Of a DNA stretch of 64,000 nt, positions 25,590 to 38,443 are shown piece after piece. The number at the start of each line of letters is the position of its first letter. Positions within the stretch are counted from its first letter, which is position 1. This DNA is from Pecten maximus. Its lineage: Eukaryota. A program made the position numbers and the translations under genes. Under the pieces are notes generated by a model. It did no database searches. It saw only the letters and a program-made list of their open reading frames with translations, and had not been told where the DNA came from. The DNA is taken from contig NC_047018.1 in assembly GCF_902652985.1 (NCBI RefSeq), positions 3,968,001-4,032,000 of the forward strand, given 5' to 3'.

Positions 25590-26790
25590 CTAGTGACCCA
25601 ATGCATTTATGTACAGTGTGTAAATATTGACGTGATATGTATCCATTGTGTCACGTTTGCACGCCTCTGGAGAGAGACGGGACCAGTTGTTATCAGCGAT
25701 GACGGGTCTATAGACACCGTAGCTGTCATTTGTCTGTAAACAAGTCTCCATGGCTTGTATCAGCTCCTTCCTAAATGCCTCTCTCATACAGACATGAAGA
25801 TTGTATCCAAGCTCGGCTATTAGGTGTATTTCCCAAAAGATATGTGTAATTCTAATACGATCTATTGGCTTGTCAGATTGTGGTGAAGTACACTATCCGA
25901 CCCCGGCTGTTAAAAAAAATAACAAAAAAAAACTCGTATCCTCGGGACAACACCTGCAGGTGCGTGCCATCAAGAGAGTGTCTCTGTACAGTTTTCAAAT
26001 GCTATATAGCTGTGTTTATACATTTCCCATTAATTAACATGTGACCTCTAAGGATATTGTATATTTCTAATGTACTACTCCTCGAAACAACAACAACGAT
26101 ATACAATATGTATATCAAATGAAATTCAAGAAATCATTCTAAATGTCAACGATAGCTGTAACAGTTGTATACTGTCGGTCGATAATAATCAATGACAGTC
26201 AGTATATATGACTGACTTTGGTGTTTGCATAGCTATGATCGTAAGGTATCCCTATAATGAAGACTGTAGAATATGTACCTGCATCTGGGTGACCTTGACG
26301 GTTTTTGTTCCTATGATAGTAAGGTACACAATGTCCGACATCAGAATGTATGTGGATGACCTTGACGGTTTTTGTGACCGTAGTGTTCATAATGATTGCC
26401 AGGTTCATACTTAACAGTAGGATGTACGGTGATGACGCTATCTGAGATAAGATACTACTACTTGACTTCACGGTGACTTTTATCAGCCTATGTTGTAAGT
26501 ACCAGGGGTCAGTCAGAGGTGACGTCCATTAACTTCAATTGGAGAAACTTTGTGACTTCGTTGTCCGGTTTGATCTTTTTTTCTTTTTTTTTTCTTATTT
26601 CTGTTATTTTACGTAACTACATGATCGGCAAATCGTCTTATCCAGGACGATATTGGGTCTCCAAGACATGAGGCTTATCCAGGACAATATTGGGTCTCCA
26701 AGACATGAAAAGCTGGGACAGCTGGATATTGTTTAACAACGACTGGAGAGGTACATCTTAAAACGGTCCATCGATACTACATACGAAATC
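25590..26790 (-). pseudogene. Decayed class A GPCR gene fragment (TM3?-TM7/helix 8), FMRFamide-receptor-like type, antisense within the intron
   Basis: Minus-strand motifs in colinear order: VVSMDRF (~26770), PYILLLSMNLAII (TM5-like), KVTQMQVHI/STVFIIGIPY (TM6-like, 1-nt frameshift), donor AAA|GTCAGT at 26217/26216, polypyrimidine acceptor ttttttttaacAG ending 25907, then IHLIAELGYNLHVCMREAFRKEL (TM7/H8-like). Contains stops and frameshifts. Confidence 0.5.
26637..26708. repeat. Tandem duplication, period 37 (CTTATCCAGGAC[G/A]ATATTGGGTCTCCAAGACATGA x2)
   Basis: Two 35-bp copies with one mismatch, separated by 2 bp. Confidence 0.9.
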
Positions 26791-27272
26791 TATTATAAGT
26801 CATCGATAGACGTAAACATTCCGTACGCATTTTAAATTTCAGTTTAAATAATACTCCAAAATATGCATTGTTGAGAAAGAAAATGACAGTCAAACAGGTA
26901 ATTTTACACTAAACTCTTGTGAGTAAATGGCCTCTAGGTCACTAAAATAGCACCTATTTCTGGAATTCGTTAGCTTTCGAACTTTTTCAATAAAGGAAGA
27001 AACAAGAGAAGTTTTACGTTTTGCAATTTATCATTTTTTGACATTAAGTACCTTTAGGCAACAAGTACGGCCTAAGTTTTGAACACGACATCAGAAGTTG
27101 ATCTACTGTGAAATTAGGAGGTGTGTTACTGGAGCAGAGGAATTTGTAATCTCCAATTAATTACTTAATAAATTGTGTGTTGTTTTTCAATGGTTGCCTG
27201 TCTTCAAGGAATTATTCAAATACAGTTTTTTATTACTTATTTGATTGCAATTAAACCCAACATTTGTAAGCT

Positions 27273-27279
27273 CCCCCCG

Positions 27280-27310
<31 letters not shown>
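27273..27310. repeat. Poly-C tract (C6-G-C31)
   Basis: Directly visible. Confidence 0.95.
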
Positions 27311-28314
27311 TTTACTTGTATTGTACAGTATGTGTTATGTGTAATATACAGAGAACAGTCCCTAAGATTTGCCTATCGCTGCTCGCCCCCAGTGTACCAA
27401 TTAAAATTCTGCAGAGAAGACAATGATATCGGTTTGCAGGGCTTCGTGGGTAGTGCTTACATGTCAGAAAATCCCTAGTGTTTAAATATGATTTTATTTG
27501 TAGAAAAAAATCCAAACACTGCAAGACCCTTAAAGAAGCCATTAGGCACGAAACCTACACCATATCACTTGAGTATCATTTAGGGAGTACTTAAAAGTTA
27601 AAACGGCCATAAACGACCGTTTTCGGATGCTGAACGATAGAAAGGAAAAATAAGTGAAAAACAATCAAAGAATTACAACTGTCTCACATTTGAAAACCTT
27701 AATCAGATCGAAAGTGCTGTCATTCAAACGCCATAATTATTTACCGTTAAAGATGATTGTGATGGAAGAATGTCGCTCTCATTAGGTTGCCGCGATATTC
27801 TCTAGTACGTTTGATGTGTGAGAAACAACAAGCCGTCACCTGTCAAGCTTAACTGCCATAAACATTTAAGTCTATAATCTAGAATCATTATAGTGTGTCA
27901 AGTACATGAATTCCTTTATAGGGATTCAAACAAATTGTATGCAATTTTGAACAGAGGAAATGAAGGTTTCCACAACTCTTTATAATTTCAGAAACCTCTT
28001 AAACCTCTAAACTGTCGAGCCACAATTGAACTAACCGCCACTCATTCACAATTCTAGGTGGTTACTGCTCCTAACTGAAGTTATACTACACCTCACATCT
28101 GGATTCGTGATTGTCCATGTTGGCTCAAAATGGATTTTAAAGACGTCTTTCATATAAAGATACTGACATCCCTACATAGTGATAAAATTGATCTGACTAA
28201 CATCCCTACATAGAGACAAGATTTATCAGACTAACATCCCTACACAGGGATCAGATTTATCTGAAATTGAGGTACCGTTCGAAGTTTGTCTTTTACTCTT
28301 TTATACGCATATTG

Positions 28315-28624
28315 AAATCTACATGTCTTCAAGGCTATGGCATTATAAAACAGGATCAAATCTACATGTCTTCAAGGCTATGGCATTATAAAACAGGATC
28401 AAATCTACATGTCTTCAAGGCTATGGCATTATAAAACAGGATCAAATCTACATGTCTTCAAGGCTATGGCATTATAAAACAGGATCAAATCTACATGTCT
28501 TCAAGGCTATGGCATTATAAAACAGGATCAAATCTACATGTCCTCAAGGCTATGGCATTATAAAACAGGATCAAATCTACATGTCTTCAAGGCTATGGCA
28601 TTATAAAACAGGACCAAATCTACA
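28315..28624. repeat. 43-bp minisatellite (AAATCTACATGTCTTCAAGGCTATGGCATTATAAAACAGGATC), about 7 copies
   Basis: Period 43, near-identical copies. Confidence 0.95.
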
Positions 28625-28999
28625 CAATGATACAACTGTCAGTAAAACGTAATCACAGAAGTGAATTCGCGGGATTTATATCTCAAGCTTTTCTGACATA
28701 TTGTAGGTAAACCCTTTTCATGTTTGGAGTAAACATAACGTTATAGCTAGACAGAGTGATACATTCTGTTGAACCATAATGTATTGCTTGAAACTCGAAG
28801 AAAAAGTAAAATCTTAAGCAAAAAGGTTAGATGCTTTATTGAACATGTATATCGGGATAATTTAAACTGATTTTGCAAGACTTCTCTTTTCATCTGCCAT
28901 TACAAAACCCTATCACAAATGATTTCGCTGAACCCTTATCACATTGAATTATGTTCCTAAGTACATGCGTATGAACAATTTGATAATACATGCATATGG

Positions 29000-29341
29000 G
29001 AGAGTTATAAACCTGCAAATTACAATATTTTTCATAAATTAAGTGACGAGAACTATGTTACTCAATTTGATAATAGTCGGATAATGTTCATGGGAGTTAT
29101 GGCATAAAACGGTAGAACAAGACGTTTTAAGTTAATCCAGGGACATTAACTCCGTCAAAAAAATCAAGCAGATATGGCAATTTGGCCAAGCCCTTAAGGC
29201 TTTGAATCTTGATGAAAGTCCGTTGACATTTGTTGCAGTAATTATTAAACGGAAACGATGCGTGGCAGACGAACTGACGAGCGGTCGAACGGACGGGCCC
29301 AAATTAATATCCCTAATTTTGGTGAAAGCAGGGGATAATAA
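29000..29341 (+). mobile_element. Degenerate HINE/DINE-1-like (Helentron-associated) element end
   Basis: gacgaactgacg..cggacgg microsatellite-like tract followed by a hairpin-like atccct...ggggataataa end; 5' boundary uncertain. Confidence 0.35.
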
Positions 29342-29776
29342 CTACGATGAAAAAAAATGACAAAAAATATATTGATTAACATATTGGGGACAGAACTGGT
29401 GCTGATTGGTAGTCGAATACAGTTCATGTATGTACATATGTACAAGAGTACAAAGAGTGTTCCAAATAAAAGTACAAGTGATGCCAGGGATTAGGGATTT
29501 CAGGGATTTCAGGGAATGCTAGATATATTACAAATGTAGGGATGTTAGGGATAAGTGATGTTAGGAATTAGGGATGTTAGTAATGTAGGGATGTTAGGGG
29601 AGTTAAGGGATAAGGAACATAAGGGGGATGTAAAGGATTAGTGATGTTAGGGATTAGAGATTAGGGATAAGTGATGTTAGGGATTAGGGATGTTAGGGAT
29701 TAGAGACCAGGGATTAGTGATGATAGGGATTAGAGATTAGGGATTAGTGATGCAGAGATGCTAGAATTAAAGAGTA

Positions 29777-32700
29777 GGGGTGTGTTGGATTAGGGATGTT
29801 CGGGGATACAAGGGGTGTGTTGGATTAGGGATGTTAGGGGATACAAGGGGTGTGTTGGATTAGGGATGTTAGGGGATACAAGGGGTGTGTTGGATTAGGG
29901 ATGTTAGGGGATACAAGGGGTGTGTTGGATTAGGGATGTTAGGGGATACAAGGGGTGTGTTGGATTAGGGATGTTCGGTGATACAAGGGGTGTGTTGGAT
30001 TAGGGATGTTCGGGAATACAAGGGGTGTGTTGAATTAGGGATGTTAGGGGATACAAGGGGTGTGTTGGATTAGGGATGTTCGGTGATACAAGGGGTGTGT
30101 TGGATTAGGGATGTTAGGGGATACAAGGGGTGTGTTGGATTAGGGATGTTAGGGGATACAAGGGGTGTGTTGGATTAGGGATGTTCGGGGATACAAGGGG
30201 TGTGTTGGATTAGGGATGTTAGGGGATACAAGGGGTGTGTTGGATTAGGGATGTTAGGGGATACAAGGGGTGTGTTGGATTAGGGATGTTAGGGGATACA
30301 AGGGGTGTGTTGGATTAGGGATGTTAGGGGATACAAGGGGTGTGTTGGATTAGGGATGTTAGGGGATACAAGGGGTGTGTTGGAGGAGGGATGTTAGGGG
30401 ATACAAGGGGTGTGTTGGATTAGGGATGTTCGGGGATACAAGGGGTGTGTTGGATTAGGGATGTTCGGGGATACAAGGGGTGTGTTGGATTAGGGATGTT
30501 AGGGGATACAAGGGGTGTGTTGGATTAGGGATGTTAGGGGATACAAGGGGTGTGTTGGAGGAGGGATGTTAGGGGATACAAGGGGTGTGTTGGATTAGGG
30601 ATGTTCGGGGATACAAGGGGTGTGTTGGATTAGGGATGTTCGGGGATACAAGGGGTGTGTTGGATTAGGGATGTTAGGGGATACAAGGTGTGTGTTGGAT
30701 TAGGGATGTTAGGGGATACAAGGGGTGTGTTGGATTAGGGATGTTAGGGGATACAAGGGGTGTGTTGGATTAGGGATGTTCGGGGATACAAGGGGTGTGT
30801 TGGATTAGGGATGTTCGGGGATACAAGGGGTGTGTTGGATTAGGGATGTTAGGGGATACAAGGGGTGTGTTGGATTAGGGATGTTAGGGGATACAAGGGG
30901 TGTGTTGGATTAGGGATGTTAGGGGATACAAGGGGTGTGTTGGATTAGGGATGTTCGGGGATACAAGGGTTGTGTTGGATTAGGGATGTTAGGGGATACA
31001 AGGGATGTGTTGGATTAGGGATGTTAGGGGATACAAGGTGTGTGTTGGATTAGGGATGTTAGGGGATACAGGGGGTGTGTTGGATTAGGGATGTTAGGGG
31101 ATACAAGGGGTGTGTTGGATTAGGGATGTTCGGGGATACAAGGGGTGTGTTGGATTAGGGATGTTAGGGGATACAAGGGGTGTGTTGGATTAGGGATGTT
31201 AGGGGATACAAGGGGTGTGTTGGATTAGGGATGTTCGGGGATACAAGGGGTGTGTTGGATTAGGGATGTTAGGGGATACAAGGGGTGTGTTGGATTAGGG
31301 ATGTTAGGGGATACAAGGGGAGTGTTGGATTAGGGATGTTAGGGGATACAAGGGGTGTGTTGGATTAGGGATGTTAGGGGATACCACAGGTGTGTAGGAT
31401 TAGGGATGTTAGGGGATACAAGGGGTGTGATGGGGATTAGGGATGTTCGGGGATACAAGGGGTGTGTGGGATTAGGGATGTTCGGGGATACAAGGGGTGT
31501 GTTGGATTAGGGATGTTAGGGGATACAAGGGGTGTGTTGGATTAGGGATGTTAGGGGATACAAGGGGTGTGTTGGATTAGGGATGTTAGGGGATACAAGG
31601 GGTGTGTAGGATTAGGGATGTTAGGGGATACAAGGGGTGTGTTGGGGATTAGGGATGTTCGGGGATACAAGGGGTGTGTGGGATTAGGGATGTTCGGGGA
31701 TACAAGGGGTGTGTTGGATTAGGGATGTTAGGGGATACAAGGGGTGTGTTGGGGATTAGGGATGTTAGGGGATACAAGGGGTGTGTGGGATTAGGGATGT
31801 TCGGGGATACAAGGGGTGTGTTGGATTAGGGATGTTAGGGGATACAAGGGGTGTGTTGGATTAGGGATGTTAGGGGATACAAGGGGTGTGTAGGATTAGG
31901 GATGTTAGGGGATACAAGGGGTGTGTTGGATTAGGGATGTTAGGGGATACAAGGGGTGTGTTGGATTAGGGATGTTAGGGGATACAAGGGGTGTGTTGGA
32001 TTAGGGATGTTAGGGGATACAAGGGATGTGTTGGATTAGGGATGTTAGGGGATACAAGGGATGTGTTGGATTAGGGATGTTAGGGGATACAAGGTGTGTG
32101 TTGGATTAGGGATGTTAGGGGATACAAGGGGTGTGTTGGATTAGGGATGTTAGGGGATACAAGGGGTGTGTTGGATTAGGGATGTTAGGGGATACAAGGG
32201 GTGTGTTGGATTAGGGATGTTAGGGGATACATGGGGTGTGTTGGATTAGGGATGTTCGGGGATACAAGGGGTGTGTTGGATTAGGGATGTTCGGGGATAC
32301 AAGGGGTGTGTTGGATTAGGGATGTTAGGGGATACAAGGGATGTGTTGGATTAGGGATGTTAGGGGATACAAGGGGTGTGTTGGATTAGGGATGTTAGGG
32401 GATAGAAGGGGAGTGTTGGATTAGGGATGTTAGGGGATACAAGGGATGTGTTGGATTAGGGATGTTAGGGGATACAAGGTGTGTGTTGGATTAGGGATGT
32501 TAGGGGATACAAGGGGTGTGTTGGATTAGGGATGTTAGGGGATACAAGGGATGTGTTGGATTAGGGATGTTAGGGGATACAAGGGGTGTGTTGGATTAGG
32601 GATGTTAGGGTATACAAGGGGTGTGTTGGATTAGGGATGTTCGGGGATACAAGGGGTGTGTTGGGGATTAGGGATGTTCGGGGATACAAGGGGTGTGTTG

Positions 32701-33525
32701 GATTAGGGATGTTAGGGGATACAAGGGGTGTGTAGGATTAGGGATGTTCGGGGATACAAGGGGTGTGTTGGATTAGGGATGTTAGGGGATACAAGGGGTG
32801 TGTTGGATTAGGGATGTTAGGGGATACAAGGGGTGTGTTGGATTAGGGATGTTCGGGGATACAAGGGGTGTGTAGGATTAGGGATGTTAGGGGATACAAG
32901 GGGTGTGTTGGATTAGGGATGTTCGGGGATACAAGGGGTGTGTTGGATTAGGGATGTTAGGGGATACAAGGGGTGTGTTGGGGATTAGGGATGTTAGGGG
33001 ATACAAGGGGTGTGTTGGATTAGGGATGTTCGGGGTACTAGGGGTGTGGGATTAGGGATGTTAGGGGATACAAGGGGTGTGTTGGATTAGGGATGTTCGG
33101 GGATACAAGAGGTGTGTTGGATTAGGGATGTTCGGGGTACTAGGGGTGTGGGATTAGGGATGTTAGGGGATACAAGGGGTGTGTTGGATTAGGGATGTTC
33201 GGGGTACTAGGGGTGTGGGATTAGGGATGTTAGGGGATACAAGGGGTGTGTTGGATTAGGGATGTTCGGGGATACAAGGGGTGTGTTGGATTAGGGATGT
33301 TCGGGGATACAAGGGGTGTGTTGGATTAGGGATGTTAGGGGATACAAGGGGTGTGTTGGACTAGGGATGTTAGGGGATACAAGGGGTGTGTTGGATTAGG
33401 GATGTTAGGGGATACTAGGGGTGTGTTGGATTAGGGATGTTCGGGGATACAAGGGGTGTGTTGGAGGAGGGATGTTAGGGGATACAAGGGGTGTGTTGGA
33501 GGAGGGATGTTAGGGGATACAAGGG
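29777..33525. repeat. 35-bp G-rich minisatellite (GGGGTGTGTTGGATTAGGGATGTT[A/C]GGGGATACAA), about 107 copies
   Basis: Period 35; one or two TTAGGG per unit; flanked by degenerate TTAGGGA-rich DNA at about 29480-29776 and 33526-33810. Confidence 0.97.
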
Positions 33526-36500
33526 TTTTAGGGATTTTAAATATTTAGGGTTTAAAAGGTTAGAGGCTAGTTATTAGAGATTAGGGATGTTAGGTATTAG
33601 CAATGTTAGGGGAGTTTAGATATTAGGTATATTAGGGGATGTTAGGGTTTAAATATTAAGCGGGCTGAAGTTAGCAGCGGATTCGTTATTCGTTGTTCGG
33701 GAAAGTAAATGATGTGGGCGATGCAAGGGATCAGAGAGAATGGAGGTTAGGGAATATTAGGGTTTTAGGAATAAGGGATGTTAGAGATGTTAGGGGTTGT
33801 CAGGGATTTCAGATGTTATTTTAGCAAATAAAGACATTAAAGACGTTAAAATACTGAAGACCATATTTTGTTGGTGTATGATAAGTGGGATTTCGTTCCT
33901 TCGTATTATCATATGTCGCTAAAATCATAAATTATTTGCTTATCAATCTTCATAGAAATACCATTTCTTTGAATATTGGGATTACGATAAGTTTTGTATG
34001 TTAGATACAACAATACAAATTTGGGCGTTAATTAGTCCATGGAAATCAAACCAACACAGAAATCTATATGGATCCATAATTCCCTTCACAAACCCTTTAA
34101 TGCGACGAAATCTTTTAAGTGAAGTAAAAATCCAATATGGCAGAATTGAATCCACGAGCCGAAGTAACTTATTGTCGAGTATTAAATGGCTTCGGTCAAC
34201 AATGGCAGAATATTTCATTTATTCTGAAAATGCAAGAACTCGTCCAAAACAGCGGGTCTGGGTAGTGAATTTGATTGAATTAGTAGCGACCTTTGTAATG
34301 CTGGGCTGACACAAATTTCATATAAAGTTGTCGATTTTACTTCAATCTGTCAGTTGATAATATGTCTTTATTACCAAGAGTACGCCATTCAGGATTCAGC
34401 TCTAAATCGTTTTGTATTCTAGATGTGATCAATCACGTTCACGTCGCTCGCTCACGACACATCTCACGGGAGTTTCTCATATATTTCTATGGGGGATCTT
34501 TTCAATCACGGTATTTTTTACGCATTTTCAAAGCGTATTATTTTATTGAACAGATGAACAGACAAGACAGACGGACAGATGCACAGACAGACAGTTATAT
34601 TGCCAAGGTGATCATAACGCTTCCATTTTTAATATGGTGAAGAGTGCTTCACTTGAAGCCCGATTACAATTGCTGGATACGTTTGTCTGTCCTGGTATTG
34701 ATGACGTCACAACGGATAATTAATTACATCATAAAAAAATTCCTTCTTGCATTCAGAATGATACATTCTTCTTACACATTACTTATTGCCAGTTGAATCG
34801 ATGATAATCCTGGACGATAAAACACTCTAATTTTTCCATTAATAACCTTTGAGTTTGGTACACTAATACATACCCGACAATATTGACAACTGGCGTTCTA
34901 TTACTTCTTTTCGCCTTTACTTTCAACCCAAATGATCTTATAATAATATATTAATATAATAAATGTACTGGATAATACTGTATAAACATGATTCCTCATA
35001 TGATACGATGATATGACTGCTTGTGATGATTTTTATTGACAATGACATAATGACAATGACATAATGACGATGATAATAAGTATGATGATGATGATGATGA
35101 TGATGACAAAACGAAGTTAGTAACATACTTTGCATGTCGGGAACTGGTGTGTCATGTGTCGTCCTTTATACATATATTAAAGCTACTATCTTCATGTTTA
35201 ATATAGGCTATCGGTGTAGTATCTTTTGTCTAATTGATGTAGGTTGTCGGTGTAATATCTATTGTCCAATAGCTGTAGGTTGTCGGTGTTATGTCCGTAT
35301 AATAAATTATGTTGTTACGGTTTTCATTGGGACTAGGATGGGGATGGCGTAAGCTTGGTGTCAATTAATGGGGCGATTACCACAAAATATATAACAAGAC
35401 GTTGTTGGCCTTGTCGTTGCCAGTGGCTCCTAGTTCCCGGGGAGCACATTCTACCGACAGTCATTGATATCCCTGTCCTCGTATTGTTTGTCACTAGATT
35501 CAATGTCGGGAGAAGCAGCTGAGACTTTCTTGTCAATATTCCGTGTGTATGTCATCAAAATCTCACATACGTAAAGGTGACTGCTCCAAGGAAAGGTTGG
35601 TGTATTGGCGCCTAGATATCACTCCAAGGCACTTCACATGTGTCTGGGGGGCGTGGCAGTAATAACATAAACACTCTTTGGTGTTGTTCTATCAGCATGT
35701 TCTTATGAAACTGCAATAAGCTACATTTCGGATGTGACGTTACTTTATTCTCATTGAGTATGATTACTCTTCAGAAATAATAAAAGTTCAATATCGCATT
35801 TTATTTCCCGGTTAAAGTACATTATTATTTATTTCGGACGCTGTAGAATTAGCAGCTACCATTTATTTTTATAGACGTTATATTTTATAAAAGTGATTAT
35901 ATCTTTTCAGTTATCGCGGTCCCGGTTCGTCGATCGTAAAAAAATGGCATAAATTGAATCACGTGCGGTATGATACATCGTATATTAAATAAAAGCGTAA
36001 GTCCACCAATCTTAGACGCATTTCGAAAGCAAAAAGATGGAATTGGCAGGTTCCAGTGTCCTTCAATTCAGTGCGTCCGGGTCGAACTCTTATGCACTGA
36101 TAAGTCAAAGCCATTCTTATTTTACTGTAGTTATTTTTGAACGTTCATCAATTGTCCAAAACCTGATTATTACAGCGCGACAGTGTAGTAATGACAAGTA
36201 CAGGACTGATAAAATTGTCTGTAAGCGCCCATATTACCATTTCTCTTGGGACAGTGGCGAATATCTTCATCCCATTAGCTAACGGCCCGCACAAAACCTC
36301 GCTGTAGTCAATTATTTGCCTTTACGGCTTTGATAAAGATAGATACACGTATAAATAGTGTTGTGTAATCCATTTCAGGCGCAAAGGATACTTTGATTAT
36401 TTTTGGTCAGGGCAACCTACCATCATATCGTCTGTCGTCGCCATGTGTCACCCTCCATTATCAAGCGATGATACGGGGAAAGTGTTGTAATTCTTTTGGT

Positions 36501-37389
36501 CAGTCTGAAATCAACGATTGTGAAGGCCATGTTTATAAGGGGTTTTCAGTAGATTAAATATCTTTATATTCGATAAGTTTGGCTTATAGAGCCTACTGGA
36601 AGAAGTACGAATTTTATTGATATATTTGCCAGAAGCTTTGTTTATTGCGAGCAATATTCGTGCAATTCTACAATATGGTATGGTGCACGCCATTGTAACA
36701 GAACCCTGAGTGACAATTGTTTAGATCTGTTTTAACGGGTTGCAATACGGTCATGGTAAAAGTATCCCATGTAAGGCATGCTGAGTAATACGCCTCTAGC
36801 CTGTGACTATATAACCATATCGTAACGAAGAATGACATTGTTACGTTGCCGTCTATTTCAGTGGAGCAGCTGCCTGACGAGTACACACTATATACGGACG
36901 TAGGCCATTAGACCGGGAAGGGCAGTCCAATTTGTCTGCCCAAACGATATCATAGCTAAGATAAACTCAACATGTTGTGTGCCGACTTATATAAATCATA
37001 TTGGCATGTTGAATCATACATCATATTCCGTTTGCCATCAAACGTGATAATAACTATAAGATAGAACAGTACGGCTTCAGGAAATGTTTTCTTTTTTCTT
37101 TTGTTAAAGCCGCCATCATCCACTGTGTAGAAATATCTCTTCGTCTGAGCTTTAAGACTTCATGGAAAATCTATGACTGGACAGGAAATTGAATTTTTCC
37201 TGTTGGTTGGAATGACTTTTCCCTTGTTAATGTGATGCATTTAAAACGAAACTATTTAATCTATTGAGTCATTTTGTGTGATTCTGCAATCTACTATGGC
37301 GGGCTGAGTGATTCCAAACTCTAATGAGGTGTACAGCTGCCATAGTGCAGTGCACTATGCTTACTGCTGTTACCCAACAGTCTGCTTGG

Positions 37390-38066
37390 GCTCCCTGCTT
37401 ATATTCCTGTTTCTACAAAAGCGTCCTGCTTCTATCCCTGTTTCTTCGTACATGTAGGCGCCCTGCTTATATTCCTGTTTCTACAAAGGCGCCCTGCTTC
37501 TATCCCTGTTTCTTCGTACATGTAGGCGCCCTGCTTATATTCCTGTTTCTACAAAGGCGCCCTGATTCTATCCCTGTTTCTTCGTAGGCGCCCTGCTTAT
37601 ATTCCTGTTTCTTCGTAGGCGCCCTGATTCTATCCCTGTTTCTTCGTAGGCGCCCTGCTTCTATCCCTGTTTCTACAAAAGCGCCCTGCTTATATTCCTG
37701 TTTCTTCGTAGGCGCCCTGCTTCTATCCCTGTTTCTTCGTACACGTAGGCGCCCTGCTTATATTCCTGTTTCTTCGTAGGCGCCCTGCTTCTATCCCTGT
37801 TTCTTCGTACACGTAGGCGCCCTGCTTATATTCCTGTTTCTACAAAGGCGCCCTGCTTCTATCCCTGTTTCTTCGTAGGCGCCCTGCTTATATTCCTGTT
37901 TCTACAAAGGCGCCCTACTTCTATCCCTGTTTCAACATAGACGCCCTGCTTCTATCCCGTTTCTACAAAGGCGCCCTGCTTCTATCCGTTTCTACATAGG
38001 CGCCCTACTTTTATCACTTTTTGTACATAGGCGCCCTGCTTCTATCACATTATCTACATAGGCGTG
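37390..38066. repeat. ~31-37-bp minisatellite (GGCGCCCTGCTT[A/C]TAT[T/C]CCTGTTTCT...), about 20 copies
   Basis: Alternating ...ACAAA and ...TCGTA(CATGTA) unit endings. Confidence 0.92.
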
Positions 38067-38199
38067 CTGACGTCAATTATTAACCCACAATCTACTAACG
38101 AAAATAAATGATCCTGTAAAAACCTAAATCTACTCAGGCGTCATGGTGTCACCTTTAATCTACTGAGGAGCTATAATGTCACTAAATCTTAAAAGTGCA

Positions 38200-38443
38200 C
38201 TTATGTCGGCCCTCAGGATACAATACTTATGTCGGCCCTCAGGATACAATACTTATGTCGGCCCTCAGGATACAATACTTATGTCGGCCCTCAGGATACA
38301 ATACTTATGTCGGCCCTCAGGATACAATACTTATGTCGGCCCTCAGGTACATACTTATGGTCGGCCTCCGGAACAATACTTATGTCGGCCCTCCTGATAC
38401 AATACTTATGTCGGCCTCATGATACAATACGTATGTCGGCCCT
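38200..38443. repeat. 26-bp minisatellite (CTTATGTCGGCCCTCAGGATACAATA), about 9 copies
   Basis: Period 26. Confidence 0.93.

Noticed and set aside
29777-33525. True telomere
   Set aside because: There is no pure (TTAGGG)n run, and unique sequence lies on both sides.
33998-34309. 103-aa ORF as the next GPCR exon (also 51409-51645)
   Set aside because: Both lack the ECL1/TM3 motifs and hydrophobic pattern expected after ICVPVK.
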